From Octopus sinensis (lineage: Eukaryota): a stretch of 64,000 bases of DNA. Location: NCBI RefSeq assembly GCF_006345805.1, contig NC_042997.1:153078001-153142000 (forward strand), in the 5' to 3' direction. This document shows positions 38,534 to 53,032 of the stretch, one piece after another; the first letter of the stretch is position 1, and every line of letters begins with the position of its first letter. The translations under genes were made by a program, and so were the position numbers. The notes under the pieces were generated by a model, which saw only the letters and a list, made by a program, of their open reading frames with translations, had not been told where the DNA came from and searched no databases.

Positions 38534-39010
38534 GGAGGCGAGCGGATAGAAACGTTAGTGCACCGGACGAAATGCTTAGCGGTATTTCGTCTGCAGCTAC
38601 GTTCTGAGTTCAAATTTCGCCGAGGTCGACTTTGCCTTTCATCCTTTCGGGGTCGATTAAATAAGTACCAGTTACGCACTGAGATCGATATAATCGACTA
38701 GATCCGTTTGTCGGTCCTTGTTTGTTCTCTGTGTGTTTAGCCCCTTGTGGTTAGTAAGGAAATAGGTATTTCGTCTGTCTTTAAGTTCTGGGTTTCAAAT
38801 TCCGCTGACATCGACTTTATCCTTTCGGGGTCGATAAATTAATTACCAGTTGCGTACTGGAGTCGATCTAATCGACTAGCCCACTTCCCAAAAATGTTGG
38901 CGCCTTGTGCTCTTCTGGATCGATAAAATAAGTACCAGTTGTGCGCTAGGGTCGATGTAATCGACTTACCACCGCCCCCAGAAATGCTGGCCTTGTGGCA
39001 TAATTTGAAA
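38534..39010 (+). mobile_element. SINE-B multimer (tail 1, tail 2, partial tail 2)
   Basis: Junction GAAATA|GGTATTTCGTC at 38764/38765. Confidence 0.75.
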
Positions 39011-39404
39011 TCAATATTTTATCCTGCTGAAATGGAGAAAGGAAGAAGGTAATTTCATACATCACCTTTGATTTGGATAAACAAACTGTAAGGAGTCTTC
39101 CACACGTCCCCTCATATCGAAAGCATCGTACAAATGTTTACATTTTTATATGTTTCTCATATTTAAAATATTATCAGCCGTTTTGTTTGGGACTGTGTTG
39201 TGTATATATGTGTATGTATGTATTTGTATGTTTGAAGCAACCATGTAAGTACCAACCATGTAAGTCGTTGTATATGTAATTACAAACCATTACACAAATC
39301 ATGGCCTAATTTATTCCACATATATAAAGATAGATAGATAGACAGAGAGAAATTGAGAAAGAGAAAGAGACAGACAGATATTTATATATATATATTATAT
39401 ATTT

Positions 39405-40010
<606 letters not shown>

Positions 40011-40348
40011 GAGTCATATATTTGAGCGTGAGGGATTAGTTATAGCTGAAGAATCACATATTTTCTTTATAAAAATATCTTCATAAATATAAGTATTAGA
40101 CTGACATTATTATAAAAATTTAGTACTGAATTTTTATTTTGTTTTGTTTTATTTTGTTAGTTTTTCTCCAAGGTTGCAGATTATATATACAAAATAGGTT
40201 ATATAAACTAGTTTCTTTTTATGCAGTTTGTATACACAAAGCAATTAATTGTATTCTTTTTACCCTTCTTTATCAAAATTTACACTTGAATAATTTTCAG
40301 AATTTACATTTGGTTTTTTTTTTTAAAGGCATACACTCACGCACACAT

Positions 40349-40402
<54 letters not shown>

Positions 40403-40538
40403 CATACACTAACACATGCAGGTGCGCACGTACCTAAGAAACTTTTTAACTTTGATTTCTAAGCGTTTTTTTCATTTTATAAATACCTAAATACGTACAT
40501 ACGTGGATACATACACACATACATAAATATATGCATGC

Positions 40539-40569
<31 letters not shown>

Positions 40570-40715
40570 CATAGATACATACATACATACATACATACAT
40601 GCATACACACATACACCACAGGCTCCACGCACTCTCATAAGAGATACACACACACACTTATATATACATACATATACACAAAAACGTACCCATGTATATA
40701 CGTGTGCGTGCGTGC

Positions 40716-40766
<51 letters not shown>

Positions 40767-41115
40767 TGTGTTACAGATAATGTAGGAGTAGTAGGATAGC
40801 AATTTAGGATCCTAAATAAATATTTAAAGGATATTTTTTATATCTATATTTGATTTAGGTGATTTGAAACAATTTCCTGAAGACAATTTCCTGAAAATCT
40901 ATTGATTAATTTGAGCTTGAGTACTTACTTACTCTTTAATTATCCATGAATATTTGATGATTGAAAATAATCTTTTGTGAAATCTTTATCTCCATGGTAT
41001 CAAAACTATTTTGTTGACTAGCTGTATAAATAGATTAAAGCCTGTATTTGGTAAAAGCAGTTGCAAAAAGCAAACCAACCTGCATTGATAAATACATACA
41101 TACATAACATACATA

Positions 41116-41181
<66 letters not shown>

Positions 41182-41195
41182 ATATGTATATTATA

Positions 41196-41237
<42 letters not shown>

Positions 41238-42560
41238 GGCATACAATATATTTGCATTACGTTATCGTGTATAAACTACTACGCTTTGTTCTTCTAATCT
41301 TGTCGTCGACCACCCTTTATATCCTCTTACTGACATTTGTTTTCTTTTATTCTTTATTTCTTTATATATTATATATATTACGATTGACTCCGAATCCCGT
41401 CAACTATCGACATTAATAGCTGGAATTACTAGTGTTTCCTTACAATACCATCGTTACTGAATACGTCATCATGAAATTGGTATGTATATTTTTTTTTGTA
41501 TTTGAGAGTTATGTTTACGTTTCCTACCATGCTTTATTTTGTTGTTGCTTCGTTGTTCTTTTGTTGTTTTGTTGTTGTTGTTGTTGTTTATAGAGAAGTT
41601 GAGTGGTTGGCCGGTGCTTAAAGAAATTGTTTTGACGTTCAGAATTTTGTTCATAAACATTTCCTAGCCTAGACGATCTCTAGAAGTAAATTCATGTATA
41701 TTACATGCCTCATTTTAGACGAGAAATCACTCAGGGTGATACGAGATGGGGATAAGTGAAGTTTGCACAAGAGAGAGAGAGGGGAGAGAGCAAGAGAGAG
41801 ACAGAAAGGGAGTCTGAGTGAAAATATTCGTCTAAATACGTCATGATTTCTCATACTCGTGGTAGTTTATTTCGATATATTCTTATTTACCATTAAATCT
41901 GCGCAAAAGTCGGACAATACCTCTCTATAAATCTTTCTGTCCTTATTGTTTTTCCTTCATGAAAATAACGAGATTATAGAATTGTAATTGTTTAGATGAG
42001 TTTGTAATATACAAAGATAATCGGGGGGATAAGCAATGGGAAAAATGGAAACACACTGTCGATGGAAACATGCTAAATTCGGATAATCACTCATTTTCTG
42101 AAATCTCATAACAACTAGGAAAATACTAACACATACATGCATACATACATACACACATACATAAATATATGCACGCCTACATACATACATACATACATAC
42201 ATACATACATACATACATACATACATACATACATACATACATACATACAACTATTCAACACAAACTTCAGTATTAGTATAAAAGTTTTCAGCTGACGAAA
42301 AGCGTCATAGGAAATTATGGAATGACACTTAGCTAGTCGTTATAATACACACACACGCACACACACATACACATTGTATACACATGTATGTATATCAATT
42401 TTGTCATAAGGAAACTAAAGCAAGGCAAATGAAATGACAGACATTAACAATGAATGAATTTATCGACGTTTAGACGTATTCATATGTCTATATATAATTA
42501 TGTTTGTGTGTGTCTCTGTGTATATATACACAACACATATATATATATATATATACATAT

Positions 42561-42593
<33 letters not shown>

Positions 42594-42803
42594 CATACAT
42601 ATACACACTCACACACACACACATATATATATGTATATATACATATATATATACACACACATATATGTGTGTATACATATATATATATACACACACATAT
42701 ATATATGTAAAGAGAGAGGAGAGAGACTGACAAAAGCATTTATGAGCATTACGTATATGTATACCGATATATGTACGTATGTATATGCATATATATAGAA
42801 ACG

Positions 42804-42835
<32 letters not shown>

Positions 42836-43384
42836 TGTTTGTGTGTGTATATGCATACTCGTATATGTATGCATACATGTGTATGTGTGTGTCTGTCTGT
42901 GTATACACGAATGTATAAAAAGGTTTCAGAATGATAAAAAAAGTTTCCGAATGATTTCTGTAAAAGTTGTTTAATGTCAACTCCTTAGACTTTCCTCCCA
43001 TATTTTTCTTGTGCAATTTATTTGAAATTCATAGTCTACTACCCGTGTAAGAGTACCGGCAGCTGGCGAGTTCGTGCGTATAAATAATCACAAAGTTGGT
43101 CTTTAAATATGTAACAAAGGATCGTTTATGTTTTATACGAAAATTATACATGTTTCTGGCTTTCATATAATTTCTTTTAACTCAGCTCTTATATACATCC
43201 TCACACACACAAGCAAATACATATGTATGTATGCGTGTGTGTCTGTTTGTTTGTATATATGCGTATATATGCATATATGTTCACATATATATATGCATAT
43301 ATGGATATTGATATGTATATAAATACACACAACACGCGAGCATATATATATATATATATGCTATATTATATAAAACATATATAC

Positions 43385-43427
<43 letters not shown>

Positions 43428-43444
43428 TATATATATATATATAT

Positions 43445-43570
43445 TATAAATTAAATAGAGATAAAACACTATTAGGCAAATCAAACAGTGAAAAACATAA
43501 ACCAAAACACTAAAAAATAGAAAATATTAATAATTTACAAAATATATAAAATATAAATTATTTAAATTTA
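43445..43570 (+). repeat. Second copy of the AT-rich (TA)n-adjacent repeat
   Basis: Matches the reverse complement of 6950-7075. Confidence 0.65.
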
Positions 43571-43681
43571 AAATTATTAATTTATATTTATATTTATATT
43601 TATAATTTTTTTTTAAATTATATATAACTATCAAAAAGTATTGAAAAGTTTATTATAAGATAAGTATATATATATATATAG

Positions 43682-43714
<33 letters not shown>

Positions 43715-44064
43715 TGTATGTATGTATGTATGTATGTATGTATGTATGTATGTATGTTTGTATATACACGTGTGCCGGTGCGTTTACGTCTCTGTAAGTG
43801 GTGCAACAGACGATAACGATATAAGTACAAGACCAATAAACGCAAATACTGTGGTCGACTCATTCAACAAATAATTCTTCAAGGCGGTGCCCCAGCATGG
43901 GCGCAGTCTAATGACTGAAACAAGTACAAGGTAAAGGATAACAAATTTAAAAACAGAATATATAAAGTCTACAGAGAATCGAAAACTGTACCTCTCAAAA
44001 ACCGACTGAGCGATGTGTACCTTTGAGCCAAGATGCCCCTGATACATACATGTATGCCTACATA

Positions 44065-44141
<77 letters not shown>

Positions 44142-45053
44142 CTATATAAAAAAAAAATATATATATATATATATATTATTTTTTTTTGTTCCGACCAGTC
44201 AATCAGATGTAGTTACACATCGCTGGTCACAATGCGTTCGCATTGTTTTAGCCTTCGAATGACGCCACCCCGCTGGCTAAGCGAGCAGGCCAATATATAT
44301 ATATAGATATATATATATATATATATATATAGATATATATATATATAATATTTTTAAAGAAGCCTGACGGATTCGGAAATTACGGTGATAGAGCGACTAT
44401 GGAAGCCTCTTAGTACAATAATAACTATATAATAATATCATCATATATATATATACAGAGAGAGAGAGAGAGACGTATACACTTAGGCATATATATATAT
44501 ATGTGTGTGTGTGTGTATGTGTATTATTTGGACACATAGGCAAACAGATGTGCTCATGCAAGATATATATATAACTATATGCATGACCTCAAGTGTTAAC
44601 TATTTATAATTACCACTTGTGTATGTTTATGTATGTGTGGGTGTGTTCACTTGAATGTCTGTCTATATTTCGGTGTGTTTGCTTCGAAGTGTGAGTATGT
44701 GTGGGTGCGTTGCCGAGTTTGAAGACCGCCAAATGAACACCAATTATACAACACCAAATTGTTTGGACTGAATATTAACTCATATTTAATATTAACTCGC
44801 AATCTCAATGATTCATCTCCGTCTTCTTTTCGACTTGGCGGAGATTGTATCGTTATAAAAACCATGATCCTTTGGTCGTAGGAAGCGTAAGGTCTGCCTA
44901 CGTTTCATTCAACAAGCCTCATTGTTTTATACATTCACATATGGATGTATGCATGTGTGGTATGCATGTATGTATGTATGTATGTACGTATGTATGTATG
45001 TATGTATGTATGTATGTATCTATGTACGTATGTATGAATATATATGTATGTAT

Positions 45054-45143
45054 GTCATTATTCAGTTTTATTTCAAAATTTCATGCTAATACAGAAAGAG
45101 CCGGTTTCTAACCTAGATTGAAGGCTCCTTCATTGGGTATTTT
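45054..45143 (-). mobile_element. Short (TATG)n-flanked module, related to 25411-25520
   Basis: GTCATTATTCAGTTTTATTTCAA...GAAAGAGCCGGTTTCTAACCTAGATT. Confidence 0.55.
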
Positions 45144-45183
45144 TATGTATGTATGTATATATCTATGTATGTATGTATGTATG

Positions 45184-45217
<34 letters not shown>

Positions 45218-45287
45218 TGTATGTTTGTATGTATGTATGTATGTATGTATGTATGTATGTATGTATGTATGTATGTATTCACGTATA

Positions 45288-45698
45288 CGTGCAGACTTGT
45301 ATGTTTTGTTTTATATATGTCTTCTCAGCATATTCTTGTAGATCTAGACATGTTCATATATACTTAAATGATAAACTTCTGGAAAGTATTACAGAGTTTT
45401 GCAGTTCCAGTGATGGCTTGGATCTGTAGTTTTCGAATCAGCTTTCTCGTTTCTGATTCTGAGATGCCTAATTTCTTAAGATTGGTATTTAGGCAGTGTG
45501 TTACATATCCCTGTGACCCCAAAATTACAGGTATAAACCTGAACTTGTAATCTGAAAAGAGTAACTGAAGATTTCTCAATAGTTGAGCGTAGGTATTTTC
45601 TTTTTCGCTGATCTTTAGCGTATGTTAGCACCCTCTGGGCAGCTGATTTCCACAGTTGTACACGATTTCTCATCTCCATCCCAAATCATTGTATCAGG
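45288..45698 (-). pseudogene. RLE-type non-LTR remnant, second family, in (TACA)n
   Basis: PDTMIWDGDEKSCTTVEISCPEGANI (RLE PD..D/E core), then RNLQLLFSDYKFRFIPVILGSQGYVTHCL...IQAITGTAKLC. Confidence 0.8.
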
Positions 45699-45819
45699 TA
45701 TGTATGTATGTATGTATGTATGTATGTATGTATGTATGTATGTATACGTGTGTATGCTTGTATGTATGTATGAATATATGTGTGTATGTATGTATGTATG
45801 TATTATGTATGTATGTATA

Positions 45820-46108
45820 CACAAGGGGTGCTGAAAAGTTTCTGGCTTTGGGTAAAAGTAAGTACGAGGATCATATAAATCCTTAAAATCCTTTAAAATG
45901 ATTCATCCCGAAAGCTGCGGCCACGCTGGAGCACCACCGTTCAATATATGTTTATGATTTTATTCAGCTGATTCCCCTCTCAGATACACATACTTATTGC
46001 AGTGGTCCTTCAAATTTTCTAAACCTGTAAAAGAATTTGGAACGTTGGGACTCCAAGCAGGCCTTCCGCGATACCCTTAAAGCCGGGTACTTTTCAGCAA
46101 CCCTCGTC
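45820..46108. mobile_element. Mariner-derived MITE
   Basis: TIR-like ends CACAAGGGGTGCTGAAAAGTTTCTGGCTTT and AAAGCCGGGTACTTTTCAGCAACCCTCGT; TA at the left end. Confidence 0.6.
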
Positions 46109-46114
46109 TAAAGA

Positions 46115-46600
46115 CACAGCTGTGGCTGTGTAGTAAGAAGTTTGCTTCTCAACCACATCAACTCGTATTCAGTCCCACCGCGTAGCATCTTGCAAAGATG
46201 TCTTCTATTATAGCCTCGGACCGACCAATGAGTGGATTTGATGCACGGAAATTGCAAGAAGCCCGTCGTGTGTGTGTATGTGAGTGCGTGTGTGCGTGTA
46301 TGTGTGTGTGAATAGGTGTGTGTGTGAATGACTGTGTGTGTATGTATACGTATAAGTCTGTACGTGACTTTGTGTATGTGTTTTGGTCCACACTACACCG
46401 CTTGACAATCAGTTTGTTTACATCCCCTTAGCGGTTCGGCAAACATGGCGGGTAGCATAAGTACCAGGCTTAAAATAATTGCTAGTGTACTTATTCTATC
46501 GGACATTTTATCCGAATGGATAAGTTACAGGAATGTAAACCAACCAGCTCTGGTTGTCAAGTTTAAGGGAGCCAAATGCAAAGACAAAGACACAAATGCA
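46115..46600 (+). mobile_element. Diverged SINE-A followed by a short inverted SINE-A piece
   Basis: Head TGGCTGTGTAGTAAG, body CCTTAGCGGTTCGGCAAA; inverted piece from ~46490. Confidence 0.55.
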
Positions 46601-46768
46601 TACACATACGTATGTATATGTATATGTGTGTGAGTGTGTGTGTGTGTATGGTATATATATATATGTATGTATATATATATATATATAGTATATATATATC
46701 TAATATATATATATATATATACATACAACATACATATATGTGTGTATACATACACATATATATGTAAA

Positions 46769-46813
<45 letters not shown>

Positions 46814-46849
46814 CTCTGTGTTTGTGTGTGCGAGTTGTGTGCGTATATA

Positions 46850-47060
46850 TATATATTCTTCTTCATCTCCTTATTCCTTTATCGTGTCCTCTTTGTCGTC
46901 ATGTTATTAGTCTATACCCTTTTCATTTTCCCTACTCTGATGACGGAATATTCCATACTCTGAGATATCCCAGAAACAGCTGTAAGACTTTGAATTTTTT
47001 TCCATGTATATGACTTGAGATGTTTGCTTTGCCTTAACGTTTGCTGTCCTGTTTAACAAT
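46850..47060 (+). mobile_element. PLE-type 3' module between two (TA)n tracts
   Basis: Pyrimidine-rich leader, hammerhead core and short tail; same architecture as 5995-6190. Confidence 0.55.
46931..46990 (+). ncRNA. Type I hammerhead motif with canonical core
   Basis: CTGATGA (46937-46943), GGAATAT/ATATCC stem II, GAAAC (46973-46977), palindromic ACAGCTGT, GUA (46982-46984); stem I only CT/AG. Confidence 0.55.
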
Positions 47061-48425
47061 TATATATGTATATATATATATATGTATGTGTTTACATACA
47101 TATATATACATATATGCATATATATGCACACGCACATACACGCCTACACACACACCTACACTCACACATCTTTCATTTTCCCTAGCTAATGTGACTTGTG
47201 GCTTTTTTCCTACCCTTTTCTCACTCATAATAAATCAATCGCATACTTATAAATCCACTTGAGAACAGTCAATGTGACACCTGTCCTTAAGTAAATAGTA
47301 ATTTGATAAAATACTAATGTTTGTTTAAGAAGACGCGCTGATCTGTGCTGGATATACAATCTTCTAGATTAGTTAAGGCGTGACTATTAATAGTCTAGCA
47401 TGAAGAAAGTACAAAGTGTGCAAATACTAAATTTCAATGTACGTCGAATCCTTATATAATTAATTTCTTCTGCAATACATACAGACAGCAGTGTTTTACT
47501 GAGTCGATACGTTGTCAGTCTTCCAGTCACTTTCAGTTTTCTTTCGTAAGCATCCGTAGACGCAACATTTGTCTTTCGAAGTTACACTTCCTCTAATAAT
47601 GAGTAACAATAGAAAAAAAAACTATTGAAGTCATCTTCCTTCCTTGCTCGACCAAATAATATATATATATAATTTTTCCCTTTGATAATGATAGCTTTTA
47701 ACACCACTCTGATCATTCCTGAAAAGGAAAACATTGGAAATAATCAAGCCTAGAGTCGTATAACTTTCAAATTGGTATCTCTATATGACTGTAATTAGCT
47801 ACGATGAATTAGCTGAATCCTGTAATTAGACAACACAGTGAATAATTGACCCTTTTCTTCTCTTGCTTACAACGACAAGTTAACATCTTAATATGTTTCA
47901 GGAAGATAACTAGTTCAGGGTTATGCTCCTTACCAAAACATCTGTGGAAGTGTCAAATCTAATTCGTTGTTAGCTGATACCATTTGTGTTACATCTCACT
48001 GCATTAAGCACCTTAATTTAATAGAAATACATTTGTTCACTATAGCCTGACAAAATACTGTTATAACTATAGGAGAAAGAAAGCATAGAATGCGAGCAAA
48101 CCCTTAGTGATTTGCCTTATCAAAACCTATACTCTAACTTGTGTATTTAAATATGTATACCAAAGAAAAGAAGAGGAATTTGACATTTCAAGGATTGCCC
48201 CTTTGTGCAAGATGGAGCCTGTTCACTTCTCTTATAGCCTTCATATTTCCTTCATATTTCTCTCATACCTAAAACACACGAACATATCTAAACACATTAT
48301 TTTAACTACGGTTTAGAAAGAAATGGTTTCAAGCAGTCTTACTTCAACTTCAAAAATTACATGACGTGAAAGCCTTAAATGGGTTCTTACCGCCATCTAT
48401 ATTATGAGAACTTACTCTGCATGAA

Positions 48426-48765
48426 GGCGCATGGCTCAGTGGTTAGAGCATCGGCCTCCCAATTATGAGGTAGCAAGTTCGAATCCCGGACTGGGCTGTG
48501 TGTTGTGTTCTTGAGCAAGATACTTTATTTCGCGTTGCTCCAGTTCACTCAGCGGTAGAAATGGTTTGCGAGGTTACTGGTGCCAAACAGTATCGGTTTT
48601 TGTCTTTCCTTTGGACAACATCATTGGTGAGGAGAGGAGGAGATTGGTATGCATGGGCAACTGCTGGTCTTCCATAAATAACCTTTCCCGAATTTGTACC
48701 TCGAAAGGGAACTTTCTAGGTGCAATCCGGTGGTCATTCGTCACCGAAAGAGGTCTTTACCGTAT
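48426..48765 (+). mobile_element. tRNA-derived SINE with CORE-like central segment
   Basis: A-box TGGCTCAGTGG and B-box AGTTCGAATCC, then GTGTTCTTGAGCAAGATACTT...CAGTTCACTCAGCGGTAGAAATGG, resembling the CORE domain from memory. Confidence 0.65.
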
Positions 48766-48857
48766 TTTGTCACTTTGCATGAGTGGTGAGGTATGTCAGC
48801 ATAAAATAGATATTTTGTTACGATAAGTATTCTACACAACAGTTTATAGGTCTTTTA

Positions 48858-49748
48858 CGAGGTGTGATCAATAGGTATCCGCAGTGTTTCCATAGTAACG
48901 AAGCTAAAGCACCAGAGTGAAGCCACTTGATAAAGATTGACCTTGAACTCTGCTGTGCATGCACACTAAGTTTTAACATTCTAGCTCACTTTCGCTGTTT
49001 ACAACAGTGCTTAGAAGGAACGTGTGTAGCGTGTGGTCGTCGCATTAACCATGACAGAGAAGGTTGTCATGGCGATACCTACACAGAAGCCTACGCAAAG
49101 TTGCTGAAAGTGTATGGAGAGGAGTGTATGAGCCGCACACAAGTGTACGAGTAGTTGAGATGTTTCCAAGAAGGCTGAAAAAATGTCGATATTGATGAAA
49201 GTTCTCGTAGAGCCGCAACCAGCAGAACTGCGACAAACATCAGAGATGTGCGTGTAGCTGTGAGGAGAAATCGTCGAATCACCATCCATGAGTTATCAGA
49301 TGTGCAGATTAGTTACGGTTCAGTTCAGTCCACTATCACTTAAGATTTAGGTACGAGACGCATGTCTGCCAAGTTTATACCAAAACTGCCTTCAGCTGAC
49401 CAGAACGACACTCGGGTTTCAATTACACAAGATCACTTTGATTATGTTGAGAACGATTAAAAGTTTTTGAAAACTTTGCATAAGCCTTTGAGCAGATATC
49501 GCCAACCTTTTGACAAAATTTGATGCAGATTCTCTGCTCAACTTTCTCTACCATGATCAATGCGACAATCACATGCTACACACGTTCCTTCCAAGCATTG
49601 CTGTAAACAGCGGAAGTGGGTTAGTACGTTAAAACTTTGTGCACATGCACAGCAGATTTCAAGGTCAATGTGTGCCAAGCGTCTTCACTCCGTGTACTGT
49701 AGTTTTGTTATCATGACAACAGTCCTGATACTCATTGATCAGACCACG
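48858..49748 (+). mobile_element. Internally deleted mariner with ~200-bp TIRs
   Basis: TA flanks (48856-48857, 49749-49750); 48858-49060 inverted at ~49550-49748; transposase N-terminus EAYAKLLKVYGEECMSRTQVYE*...RRNRRITIHEL...MSAKFIPK with stops. Confidence 0.85.
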
Positions 49749-49779
49749 TATATACATTTCTTTTATATTCCTTTTCGAC

Positions 49780-49950
49780 TCTAGGCATAAGGTCCGAAAT
49801 TTGGCGGGAGGTGGGGGGGGGGGCAGTCGATTAGATCGACCCCAGTACGCAACCTGAAAGGATGAAAGGCAAAGTCGATCTCGGCGGAATTAGAACTCAG
49901 AACGTAAAGACAAACGAAATAACGCTAATCATTTCGCCCGGTGTGCTAAA
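49780..49950 (-). mobile_element. SINE-B with tail 2, internally deleted
   Basis: GAAAGGATGAAAGGCAAAGTCGATCTCGGCGGAA. Confidence 0.7.
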
Positions 49951-49966
49951 TTTCTCTTATATTCTG

Positions 49967-50743
49967 TTTCTTTATTAGCCACAAGGGCCCAAAATAGAGG
50001 GGGACAAACAAGGACAGACAGGACACCACAGAGGGAACAATACATAAAACGAATATAGATGAGATGATTGTATAACAATGAGGTTATGAATGGCTGCATG
50101 CGCCCCTCATCACAAGCAGTACCATTAATCTTTTTTTACAGTCCATTTTCATGTATTTACATAACAATTAATTATCGTGTTACCTACCATTGCAAGTATT
50201 TGAACCGTTATATACATCCTCTACAATTGTTCTTCTTATTTTTCAATATTTTTTAAACATAACATAAAACACTTTACTCTTTCTTTTCCCTTTTTTTCCT
50301 CCTCTTTCTTTTTTTTCCTTTTTTTCTTTTTTTTTCTTTTTTTTTCCTGTCAATTTAACATACTTATTTTCTTTTTAGTAGTACTTCATCAATGGTTCAA
50401 TTTCTATTAAATCAACTACTGGTGGCAATTCTTTGAATTCCACCCTTACTCCTGGTTGGTCAATACTATCTCCACACATTTCTTTCAGTTTCTTGTAATT
50501 TTCCTTTTCGATCACTATCGCCGTCATATCCTCTGCATATATATATGATGGTACTTTCATTCTTACCATTTGATTAAACTTGACTATCTTCTTCTCTGTT
50601 TCTACATTGTTTGGGTAGGTCACATAATACCATACTCCATTTCCTCCTTGTATCTTCTTTCCTTTATTTTGAACTCTTTGTTCTCTCTTTTTCCTCCTCC
50701 ACTCTAAATAAAATTCTTTTATATTCGAGCTACAATATAGTAT

Positions 50744-50745
<2 letters not shown>
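49967..50745 (-). mobile_element. Candidate LINE 3' fragment ending in the SINE-B tail-1 sequence
   Basis: ~120-codon purine-rich open frame to the stop at 50375, an A-rich tract and ~330 nt of unique sequence, then TGTCTGTCCTTGTTTGTCCCC...AATAAAGAAA without SINE-B body. Confidence 0.35.
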
Positions 50746-50784
<39 letters not shown>

Positions 50785-51125
50785 TATATAATATTATATA
50801 TATAAATGAAAATATGCTGCTACACTGATTAAAAATAGATCGATTAGTCCATGCTCGTTGAAGGTGTATGTTAGGTTACTTTTGTAGTCGGCAAGACGTT
50901 GGAAAAATAGTAGTAAAACCCAATATTAACTCGGAAGTCAAGCTTAGTAGCTTTGACGCTCATTTCAGTCACTGTTCATATTTGTTGTGATATGTGTCAA
51001 CATATTTTGATGTATACTTGTGACCCGATCTCATTTCACTTTCTCAATATACATACATTCACTCACACACACACACAGATAACTAAAAGAGAACGAGAGA
51101 AAAAAATGTGCCCATATATATATGA

Positions 51126-51215
<90 letters not shown>

Positions 51216-51835
51216 TGTGCGTGTATGTGACTCGTAATATTCTGTGATGTGAAGAATATGATTTATAGTTTTCCCTGGTAATTTATGGCCTTTCATTTTT
51301 TTTAGTACTATCATTTAAGTTTGGGTTTGTTTATAATAGGATTGTCGCTATTGTTGTTGTTGCTATGTCTTTTTTTTTTATCTGATATACATTCTTTTTC
51401 CTGTTTGAAAACATAATGGTGTCATAATTAGATATTTACCGAGAGATAAATAATATCTTGACAAATTTAGTGGAGGTACATGTTTTATACATATTAGTAA
51501 ACTTCTTCAACGTATTACCTCGTTGACCTTATTATTTTGCTGTTCTCACGACTTTCTAATCGACATTATCACTCAATTGTTTTCCTACCTTTATAATATT
51601 TCCTCCCACGCTTTCAAAGCTCCCCTCTAGTTGAATGCGTGATTCAGAAAATGAGAACAATACCCATCACATACACATTATTTTTGTTCTTTTATTCGCT
51701 TCAGTCATCGAATTTTGCTGGGTTATATAATTTCACGTTCTCCCAAGATACGAAATGAATGAATGCAAAGTGGATATTTGCGTAAGATGTTTTCATTGTC
51801 AAGTTGTAATATCGGTGTGATTTTAAACTCTAATG

Positions 51836-51868
<33 letters not shown>

Positions 51869-51896
51869 TATAATATATATGTGACAGAGAGAGAGA

Positions 51897-51937
<41 letters not shown>

Positions 51938-52983
51938 TAGTAAAAAGTGAAAAAAATGAAAAAACTACAGAAAGCTTGTTTTAAAACGTTAAAAAATATA
52001 TATTTGAGTCATTATGTCTGAAGAATGTTATAATTTTTTTTCATACAATGACATAGTTTTTTCACTTTTTACTTTTTCTATATATTCAACCACGTGCTTT
52101 CACACACCAACTTTCTCACCTATATATATATATATATATATATATGCGTGTGTGTGTATGCGTGCGTGCGTAAGTGTGTGTGTATGCATATATGTATCTA
52201 TGCAAGTAGGCATACGTGAGTATACATATATATATATAAACCCATTCAGAGAAGCCATCGAGGACAAAAGAAAGTAGAAAGAAATACAAAACTGAAACCA
52301 AGAGAAACATAATGTATAGTCAAATATATTCTGCAAGATTGGATTCTGCTGGATTATACTAATTTACTGTCCCCACAAGATGCGAATTGCAAAGTGGACA
52401 TTTACGCATGACGTTTTCATTCAGTCAAGCTTTAATACCACATAGGTTCTGATGTACTGATATATGCGTGTTAACATATATATATACACACACACACACG
52501 CACACACAAACACACACATATATATATATATATTATATATACAACATATTATATATATACATATAATATCTATAATATAAATTGGGCATATGCGATCGTT
52601 GTATTCTTTCTTGTCTTGAGGTTCACAGCCAAACGGCTGGATGGATTCCCATGAGAAATGGCACACATGTGGAGACAGGGGCATAGACTGGAATGCAGTT
52701 TGTATTTTTTTGTTAGCATCCATACTTACCGAGAAAATCGATTAAAACTTTTTCTAATGGAATTTCCCTCTTTCTTCTGCCATTAAAACAACCATTTGCT
52801 TAGAAGCTGTTTTCTGACGGGGTGGGATCAGGAAATTGTCATATAGCTGGAGGCTCCAATGGCTATAGGCGCATCAGTGGTTGTGCGGTGAGAAGCTTTC
52901 TTCCCAAACACATGGTTCTGGGTTCAGTGTCAGTAAGTGGTATCTTGGGCAAATGTTTTCTACTATTAGCCGTCGTATATATA

Positions 52984-53032
<49 letters not shown>

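Noticed and set aside
48426-48500. tRNA-like sequence as a tRNA gene (also 58951-59015 and the SINE-A heads)
   Set aside because: No complete cloverleaf or T-run terminator; each continues into a SINE body.
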